NCBI GenBank assembly: GCA_029939945.1
Contig: JAOZRX010000001.1
Span: forward strand, 43,384-107,383
DNA: 64,000 bases
Direction of reading: 5' to 3'
Origin: Candidatus Izemoplasma sp.
Lineage (GTDB): Bacteria > Bacillota_I > Bacilli_A > Izemoplasmatales > Izemoplasmataceae
Shown: positions 57,035 through 64,000 of the stretch, piece after piece
Layout: the number at the start of each line of letters is the position of its first letter
Numbering within the stretch: the stretch's first letter is position 1
The notes under the pieces: generated by a model
Databases searched by the model: none
What the model saw: the letters and a program-made list of their open reading frames with translations, nothing else
Told to the model about the DNA's origin: nothing
Made by a program: the position numbers and the translations under genes

Positions 57035-57889
57035 GTGGGTAAAATTAGTATTATGTTAAATATGCTTAAATATAAAGAAGAATTAAGTATGGCAGAAAGA
57101 TCTGTACTAGACTACTTATTGGATAATAAAGCCGTTTTAAAGAACTTTAACGTTGAAAAAATTGCTGAGGCTGCTTATACTTCTCCGGCTTCGGTTGTTA
57201 GAATGTGTAAAAAATTAGGATATAATGGCTTCAAAGATTTTAAAATTGATTTTATTTTAGCTAATGCTAAAGTCCCAATTCCTGATAATAGAGAGTATAA
57301 GGATGTTATTTTAGCAAAAGACTCAAATTATGGGAAGGCTGTTATTGAGAATAATATTAGAATATTAGAAGAAACTTTAAAACTTCATGATGCAGAAGCA
57401 CTTCATAGCGCAGCGCAAATAATTATGAAAGCTCGAAAAATTCTAATTTTTGGTAAAGGTTCTTCATATTTAGTATGTAAGGATTTAGAAATGAAATTAC
57501 GAAGAATAAATAAATTTTGTATTGCTCAGGGAGAATCACATGAGCAATTAGTAGATGCATCATTTATAAATCACAATGATGTTATTATTTTTATTTCAAA
57601 CTCAGGAACTACTAAAGAGATAATAAGTGCTGCTTTGCTAGCACGAGATAATAAAGCTAAGATTGTTAGTCTTGTTAAATTAGGAACTTCATTATTAGCA
57701 GAACTATCAGATATAGTTCTGTATACTTCATCACTAGAAAGTGAATTTAGAAGTGCAGCTATGACATCAAGAATTTCTCAATTAGCATTAGTTGATGCAT
57801 TATTTACAAACTGTGCATATATCAATATTGATCGTTCTGTTAGAACATTAGAAAGAACATTTAGAACATTTAAAAAATATATGAGATAA
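57035..57889 (+). CDS. RpiR/MurR-family transcriptional regulator (HTH plus SIS domain)
   Basis: HTH segment KIAEAAYTSPASVVRMCKKLGYNGF and SIS segment IFGKGSSYLVCKDLEMKL. Start uncertain (GTG 57035 or ATG 57053). Terminator at 57904-57958. Confidence 0.8.
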   Translation: MGKISIMLNMLKYKEELSMAERSVLDYLLDNKAVLKNFNVEKIAEAAYTSPASVVRMCKKLGYNGFKDFKIDFILANAKVPIPDNREYKDVILAKDSNYGKAVIENNIRILEETLKLHDAEALHSAAQIIMKARKILIFGKGSSYLVCKDLEMKLRRINKFCIAQGESHEQLVDASFINHNDVIIFISNSGTTKEIISAALLARDNKAKIVSLVKLGTSLLAELSDIVLYTSSLESEFRSAAMTSRISQLALVDALFTNCAYINIDRSVRTLERTFRTFKKYMR

Positions 57890-58132
57890 CTCATTAAAAT
57901 ATTAAACTGTGTCAAGCTTAAAATATAAATTATATGTTTAAGCAGACACAGTTTTTTTAATTGAAAAACTAGCATGAAAATATCTATAAATAGGTAATTA
58001 TAGCCGTTTATATAAAAATATAATATTGTCATGATAGCGTTTTTTTTATATTTGAAAAAAACAATCTTTTCTTACTCAATTCATTGAATTTTTACACATA
58101 TGTTCTATAATTAGATATAAAAGGGTGATAAT

Positions 58133-59284
58133 ATGATGAAGATAGCTGTTGGTATTATGAGTGGTACTTCAATGGATGGTATTGATGTAGTGATAACCGA
58201 GATTGAAGGAACTAATTTGAAGACAAAACTTAATGTTTTGGCATATGATACTATTGACTATAATGAAAAACTACTTTTAAGGATTAAAAAAGGTTTTAGT
58301 ATTAGCGAAAGTAATTCAGAATTACTTTGTAGTCTTAATTTTGAACTTGGATATGCATATGCAGATGCTGTCAAACAAGTTTGCATAAAAAATAAAATTC
58401 TTCTAGAAGATATAGATTTCATTGCTTCTCATGGACAAACAATTTATCACATTGGTAAAGATGATTCAAGTAACATTTTATCTTCTTTACAATTAGGAGA
58501 AGGTGCAGTAATTGCTAATTTATGTAACACTACTGTCGTTTCAAACTTTAGAACCGCAGATATCGCAGTTGGGGGACAAGGAGCTCCTTTAGTACCATAT
58601 GCTGATTATGTATTATTTAAGGATGATAAAGTAAACCGTGTCATGAATAATATTGGGGGAATATCAAATGTAACAGTATTACCTAAAAATGGATCGATTA
58701 ATGATGTTATTGCTTTTGATACCGGTCCTGGCAATATGATGATTGATTATGCTTGTAAAAAAATGTTGAATTTAAATTATGATGATTTGGGAAATATTAG
58801 TAGAACTGGTAAATTGATTCCTGAAATGTTGCAAGAGTTATTAACTCATAGATTTTTTAAACTTATTCCACCAAAATCAACAGGTAGAGAAGATTTTGGT
58901 GATGCTTATACACTGTCAATGATAGAGAAATATAATAATAAAGATTTTAAAGATATCTTATGCACTTTGACACATTTCACCGCAGATTCTATTGCGAATG
59001 CATATAAAAAATACATAATACCAAAATTTGCTGTAGACGAGATTGTAGTTTCAGGTGGGGGAGTTTACAACATTTTTTTGATGGAGTTATTACAAGTCAA
59101 TTTACCTGATATTAAGATTAGAAAATTAGAAGATTTAGGATATAATAGCTCAATAAAAGAGGCATTAGCTTTTGTAATTCTTGGCAATGAAACATTGAAT
59201 ATGAATTATTCTAATGTTTCAAGTGCTACAGGTGCAAAGAAATCAGTAATATTAGGACAAGTTAACTATGTCCTAAACAAATAA
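58133..59284 (+). CDS. anmK: anhydro-N-acetylmuramic acid kinase
   Basis: GIMSGTSMDGIDV at the N-terminus, with GGQGAPLVP, GPGNMMID and SGGGVYN. Confidence 0.9.
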   Translation: MMKIAVGIMSGTSMDGIDVVITEIEGTNLKTKLNVLAYDTIDYNEKLLLRIKKGFSISESNSELLCSLNFELGYAYADAVKQVCIKNKILLEDIDFIASHGQTIYHIGKDDSSNILSSLQLGEGAVIANLCNTTVVSNFRTADIAVGGQGAPLVPYADYVLFKDDKVNRVMNNIGGISNVTVLPKNGSINDVIAFDTGPGNMMIDYACKKMLNLNYDDLGNISRTGKLIPEMLQELLTHRFFKLIPPKSTGREDFGDAYTLSMIEKYNNKDFKDILCTLTHFTADSIANAYKKYIIPKFAVDEIVVSGGGVYNIFLMELLQVNLPDIKIRKLEDLGYNSSIKEALAFVILGNETLNMNYSNVSSATGAKKSVILGQVNYVLNK

Positions 59285-59305
59285 TCAAATACCGGAGATG
59301 ATTTT

Positions 59306-60268
59306 ATGAAATATATCATTGCTGTAGACGGTGGTGGAACAAAAACAGAAATCGCTGTTTTAGATTTAGATGGAAAATTATATTATGAAGAGATTGGCCC
59401 TGGATGTAATTATGTTGCAATAGGTAAAGATAAATTCTCAGAAGTTATTAGTGAACTATATTTGAATGTAATTAAATCTTTGAATATATTTCCTAATGAA
59501 ATAGAACTTATCTACTTAGGGTTATCAGGTGCGGATTTAGAATCTGATTTTCTAAGATTAAATAATACATGTGCTGAAATCTTTAAAAAAGTGCCATTTA
59601 AAATTGTTAATGATGCTTGGTTAATTATGAGAAGTGGATTAGACAAACCGTATGGTGCAGTGGCAATTAGTGGTACTGGAACAAATTCAGCTGCTATAAA
59701 CAAAGATGGAAAAAGAGCAATTCTAAGATCCTTAGGGTTTACGTTGGGGATATATGGTGGAGGGTTAGATATCGCTAGAGAAGCTTTGCATTATGCTTTT
59801 CGAGCAGATGAATTAACTTATAGAGATACTATGTTAAAAGAAGAAATACCAAAACTTCTTAACTTGAAAGAAATGAATGAAGTAGTTGAGTTATTTTATC
59901 CTGTTAAGAGAATTGATAAAGTAAAATTTGGTGAAATTACAGGTCTTGTTAATAAGTGTGCAATAAAAGGCGATCAGGTTTCAATTGAGATTTTAGCAAG
60001 AAACGGTAAATTTGTAGGACTCCAAACAACCGGTGTAATAAGACAACTAAAAATGGAAAATGAAAAGGTTCCTGTTGTTATTGGTGGTCGTGTATTTCAA
60101 AGTGAGTCACCAGTATTCTTAAATGAATTTACAAAATATTTACATGAAATATGCCCAAAAGCAGATATTGTAAATTCAAAATATAAACCAGTATTTGGTG
60201 CATATCTATCTGCTTTAGATGAATTAGGAATAAAACAAACAATAAATCATACAAAAAATCTTAAATGA
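59306..60268 (+). CDS. BadF/BadG/BcrA/BcrD-type ATPase (N-acetylglucosamine kinase-like)
   Basis: IIAVDGGGTKTE and ISGTGTNS motifs. Confidence 0.75.
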   Translation: MKYIIAVDGGGTKTEIAVLDLDGKLYYEEIGPGCNYVAIGKDKFSEVISELYLNVIKSLNIFPNEIELIYLGLSGADLESDFLRLNNTCAEIFKKVPFKIVNDAWLIMRSGLDKPYGAVAISGTGTNSAAINKDGKRAILRSLGFTLGIYGGGLDIAREALHYAFRADELTYRDTMLKEEIPKLLNLKEMNEVVELFYPVKRIDKVKFGEITGLVNKCAIKGDQVSIEILARNGKFVGLQTTGVIRQLKMENEKVPVVIGGRVFQSESPVFLNEFTKYLHEICPKADIVNSKYKPVFGAYLSALDELGIKQTINHTKNLK

Positions 60269-60281
60269 AAGTAGGGCTAAT

Positions 60282-61595
60282 ATGAAACAAGGAATTAAGA
60301 TAGTTACTATTGGTGGTGGGTCATCATATACTCCCGAACTTATTGAAGGTTTTATAAAAAGATACGATGAATTACCAGTTAGAGAGTTATGGTTAGTTGA
60401 TATTATAGAAGGAAAAGAAAAATTAGAAATAGTTGGAGCATTAGCTAAAAGAATGGTTAAAGAAGCAAAAATACCGATGGAAATATACTTAACATTAGAT
60501 CGAAGAAAAGCATTAAAAAATGCTGATTATGTAACTACTCAGTTTAGAGTAGGGCAATTAAATGCTCGTATTTTGGATGAAAGAATACCAGCTAAATATG
60601 GAATGTTAGGACAAGAAACAAATGGCGCAGGAGGAGTATTTAAAGCGTTAAGAACTGTTCCTGTCATTTATGATATAATCAAAGACATTCTTGAATTATG
60701 TGAGGATGCATGGCTAATTAATTTCACAAATCCAGTAGGTGTAGTTAGTGAGGCTGTATTTAGATATACTGAATTTGAACGATATATTGGTGTCTGTAAC
60801 GTACCTATCAACCTGCAAAATCATTTTGCTTCTGTTTTAAATGTGAAATCAAAAAATATAGTCCCATATTTTGCTGGACTAAATCATATGTCTTACGTTT
60901 TAAAGTTATATCATAGAGGAAAAAACAGATTGTTTGAAATTATTGAAAATGTTAAAGATAAGCAAATTACGATGAAAAACATTGATCCTTTAGCTTGGGA
61001 TTATGAGTTTATAAAAGAACTAGGAGTTTATCCTAGTCCTTACCATAAATATTCTTATTATTTTGAAGACATGTTAGAAAAGAACTTAACACAATATAAA
61101 AAGGGAGAAACAAGGGCAGAAATAGTTAAGACTATTGAAAAAACCCTTTTTGATAAATATAAAGATGTTAACTTAAAAGTTAAGCCGAAAGAACTAGAAG
61201 AACGAGGTGGAGCTTATTACAGTGACGTAGCTTGTAATGTTATTAGTTCTATTTATAATGATAAAAGAGATTATCAAGCAGTAAATACAATTAATAACGG
61301 TTATATAACAGACCTTTCAGACGGATGTGCTATTGAGATTACTTCTCGGATAACTAAGGATGGGCCAGTACCTGTATATATCGGTAAACTGCCCGTTCAG
61401 ATTAGAGGTAAAGTTCAAGAAATGAAGGCTTATGAAGAACTATTAGTAGATGCTATATACGAGAAAAATCTTGATAAAGCTTTGTTTGCTTTACAAATAA
61501 GTCCTTATGTAAAATCAATTACTAATACAAAACAGGTGTTTGATGAGTTAGTGATAGCCCATCGTCAATACTTAGATTACTATTTCGAGGTATAA
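60282..61595 (+). CDS. GH4-family 6-phospho-glycosidase (NAD/Mn-dependent)
   Basis: KIVTIGGGSSYTPEL at the N-terminus, with NFTNPVG, CNVPI and GLNH motifs of family 4 glycosidases. Confidence 0.85.
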   Translation: MKQGIKIVTIGGGSSYTPELIEGFIKRYDELPVRELWLVDIIEGKEKLEIVGALAKRMVKEAKIPMEIYLTLDRRKALKNADYVTTQFRVGQLNARILDERIPAKYGMLGQETNGAGGVFKALRTVPVIYDIIKDILELCEDAWLINFTNPVGVVSEAVFRYTEFERYIGVCNVPINLQNHFASVLNVKSKNIVPYFAGLNHMSYVLKLYHRGKNRLFEIIENVKDKQITMKNIDPLAWDYEFIKELGVYPSPYHKYSYYFEDMLEKNLTQYKKGETRAEIVKTIEKTLFDKYKDVNLKVKPKELEERGGAYYSDVACNVISSIYNDKRDYQAVNTINNGYITDLSDGCAIEITSRITKDGPVPVYIGKLPVQIRGKVQEMKAYEELLVDAIYEKNLDKALFALQISPYVKSITNTKQVFDELVIAHRQYLDYYFEV

Positions 61596-61599
61596 AAAG

Positions 61600-62811
61600 A
61601 TGAAACTTAATAAATTTATCGAACCAAATGAACCGATTAATTACCTGAATACTAATAAGCAAATAATTATCCCAGAAAAGTATTTACAAAAAGAAATTCG
61701 TGCAGTTTGGGTTTCAAATGTTGTAAATATTGATTTACCCACGGTTGAAAATATTGAAGAATATCAGAAAAAAGTAACTACTTTATTTGATACTTTTGGT
61801 GAATTTAATATTAATTGTGTTTATTTCCAAGTAAGATCAAATAACGATGCATTTTATGAATCTAAATTAAATCCATATAGTAGATATCTAACTGGAAAAG
61901 AAGGATTAAAGCCACCGTTTGATATTCTAAATTGGGTCATTTCAGAAGCAAGAAAACGAAACTTTGAATTTCATGCTTGGTGCAATCCTTATCGAATTTC
62001 AACCGATGGCAAACTATCAATTGAAGAATATTTAGATACTTGTGATGATTTAAACTTTGCAAAAAAATATCCTGAATATATCATTTTAGATAAAAGTGGG
62101 AAGTTAATTCTAAATCCAAGTAAAAAAGAAGTAATAGATTTTGTTATTGCATCAATGGTTGAACTTGCTACAAATTATGATATTGACGGTATTCATTTTG
62201 ATGATTACTTTTTCCCATATAGCGGATTAAGTGATATATTTAATGATTTGCCTGATTATGAACAAAGAAAAGATAAGACGCTTAGCTTGGGTGATTTTAG
62301 AAGAAAAAATGTCAATGAAGTAATAAAGGGTGTTTATGATAATCTTAAAAAAATCAATATAGAATTACAATTTGGTATTAGCCCTTTTGGAATCTGGAAA
62401 AATAAACAAAGTGATAAACTAGGATCAAATACTGCTCCAACTTGTAGTGAAAGCTATTATGGACAATTTGCTGATTCTTACAAGTGGGTAAAAGATGGAA
62501 TTATTGATTATATATGTCCACAAATATATTGGCAGTTTGGACATAAAGTTGCTCCTTTCGCAGATATTTTAGATTGGTGGGTTAGTGTTTGTGAAAATAC
62601 TGATGTTGACTTATTTATCGGTCATCCAGCATATCGTTTGGGAGAAGTTGGAGAGTTTGAGAATAGTCTAGAAATAGTGAATCAAGTGAAATATGCTAAT
62701 CAATTTGAAACAGTTAAAGGTAATGTCTTTTTTACAGCAAAGACATTTATTGATAAAGAAAAAGCGAAACCAGGAATGGAAAAATTAAAGAAATTACTAA
62801 ATGAGGTGTAA
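61600..62811 (+). CDS. glycosyl hydrolase-like family 10 (DUF187/YngK-like) protein, no signal peptide
   Basis: IRAVWVSNV..., FHAWCNPYR, DGIHFDDYFFPY and YICPQIYW motifs. Confidence 0.7.
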   Translation: MKLNKFIEPNEPINYLNTNKQIIIPEKYLQKEIRAVWVSNVVNIDLPTVENIEEYQKKVTTLFDTFGEFNINCVYFQVRSNNDAFYESKLNPYSRYLTGKEGLKPPFDILNWVISEARKRNFEFHAWCNPYRISTDGKLSIEEYLDTCDDLNFAKKYPEYIILDKSGKLILNPSKKEVIDFVIASMVELATNYDIDGIHFDDYFFPYSGLSDIFNDLPDYEQRKDKTLSLGDFRRKNVNEVIKGVYDNLKKINIELQFGISPFGIWKNKQSDKLGSNTAPTCSESYYGQFADSYKWVKDGIIDYICPQIYWQFGHKVAPFADILDWWVSVCENTDVDLFIGHPAYRLGEVGEFENSLEIVNQVKYANQFETVKGNVFFTAKTFIDKEKAKPGMEKLKKLLNEV

Positions 62812-62815
62812 TAAT

Positions 62816-64000
62816 TTGAAAACATTAAAAATTATATTAATGTGTGTTACTATCTTTTCCTTAATTGGATTAAATAGCAATTATGAAGTTTCATCTATAG
62901 GAGAACTTGAAGTGTTGAAAAAAGATGGCACTAGCGTTTTTCATTTTTGGACGAGTGATCCAGTTATGATCCCGACTACTTATAATGAGAAAAGTGAAGA
63001 ATTTAGAGGAGTATGGGTTGCAACTGTATATAACTTAAATATGCCAGCATATTCAAATGAAACACAATATAAAACAGCATTTCAAGATTTAGTTAATGAG
63101 ATGCTAGCTGATAATTTAAATGCTATGGTCTTTCAAGTAAGACCACAGAGTGATGCTTTTCATGATTCAGCGTATGCACCTTGGAGTAGATGGTTAACTG
63201 GAGTTGAGGGTGGCGACCCAGGATGGGACATTGTCCAATATATGATTGATACATGTCATGCGAATGATATTGAATTCCATGCTTGGATGAATCCTTATCG
63301 TGTTGCTAATTCTTCTGCAAGCGAATCTACAGTTTTAGGAGCATTACATTCCGAAAACTTCGCAAGACAAAATCCAGCTTTAGTTGTTGCTGGAAATATG
63401 GACTCACATGGACGTTATCCATACATTTTAAACCCAGGAGAACCTGCTGTTAAAACATATATTAGAGATGTAGTTACTGAAATGTATACAATGTATGATA
63501 TTGATGGTATTCATTTTGATGATTATTTTTATCCTTATTCAGGAATAAGTTCTGATACAGCAACATGGAATACTTATAAAGAAGAAGGGGAAACAATCGA
63601 AGACTTTAGAAGAGAAAATGTTAATGACGTTATTAGAGAAATAAAAGAAGATATAGATGCCCATAATTTGGCTAACGGGACAGAGGTTAAATTTGGAGTA
63701 AGCCCATTTGGTTTATGGGGAAGCGGTATTGAGGGATATGCTGATTATTTACCTGGGGGATCTAATACTGGACCTACTAATATGACATCTTATATAGATC
63801 AATACGCTGACTCTAAAAAATGGGTAGAAGAAGAATGGCTTCATTATATATGTCCACAAGTTTATTGGGAATTCACACATACAACTGCACCTTACGCTGA
63901 TGTTGTAGATTGGTGGGCAAGTGTTGCAAGAGGAACAAGTGTAGATTTGATAATTGGACAAGCTATTTCAAGTGCTGATTTATATGATTGGGACGATGAT
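62816..64000 (+). CDS. DUF187/YngK-like paralog with signal peptide (3' truncated by window edge; absent from ORF track)
   Basis: TTG 62816, 6 nt after GAGGTG. My own translation gives LKTLKIILMCVTIFSLIG...EFRGVWVATVYNLNMP...FHAWMNPYR...DGIHFDDYFYPY...YICPQVYW. The frame stays open to the window end. Confidence 0.7.
   Translation, partial: MKTLKIILMCVTIFSLIGLNSNYEVSSIGELEVLKKDGTSVFHFWTSDPVMIPTTYNEKSEEFRGVWVATVYNLNMPAYSNETQYKTAFQDLVNEMLADNLNAMVFQVRPQSDAFHDSAYAPWSRWLTGVEGGDPGWDIVQYMIDTCHANDIEFHAWMNPYRVANSSASESTVLGALHSENFARQNPALVVAGNMDSHGRYPYILNPGEPAVKTYIRDVVTEMYTMYDIDGIHFDDYFYPYSGISSDTATWNTYKEEGETIEDFRRENVNDVIREIKEDIDAHNLANGTEVKFGVSPFGLWGSGIEGYADYLPGGSNTGPTNMTSYIDQYADSKKWVEEEWLHYICPQVYWEFTHTTAPYADVVDWWASVARGTSVDLIIGQAISSADLYDWDDD

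Overview
Low-GC Firmicutes/Mollicutes-like chromosomal window, standard genetic code, almost fully coding. All calls rest on by-eye motif recognition and no searches were run. Left to right: the end of a V-type ATPase operon (ntpB partial, ntpD); an amidohydrolase; a five-gene heteromeric flavoprotein dehydrogenase cluster (HcnABC/OoxAB/archaeal proline dehydrogenase-like) followed by 1-pyrroline-5-carboxylate dehydrogenase; an XRE-HTH/TPR-like regulator; tdh-kbl behind a structured, terminator-containing leader; a translationally coupled HNH-like/MazG-like pair; and a tightly coupled NifU / DUF1858-SBP-like / G3E GTPase / soluble ABC ATPase / Cys-rich operon. Several large repeat-bearing lipoproteins follow (VWA, S41+PPC, GH73, C39-like). 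The right end holds a TetR-flavoprotein operon, lgt, a CPBP protease, an EtfBA plus GlcD-like lactate dehydrogenase cluster, and a MurNAc/anhydro-MurNAc recycling locus. The most interesting region is about 29.7-43.2 kb. It holds three archaeal-type (SipW-like, S26B) signal peptidases and seven secreted proteins with SipW-cognate-type signal peptides, five of them one acidic paralog family and two of those inside a near-identical 0.92-kb direct duplication. It also holds an orphan type IV pilin-like gene and a dedicated phosphorelay: a hybrid kinase, a receiver-HPt protein whose phospho-acceptor Asp is replaced by Cys, and an OmpR-type regulator. Seven promoters in this region share an 11-bp tandem direct repeat at fixed distance from the -35 box. 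No rRNA, tRNA, CRISPR array, transposase or integrase was seen.
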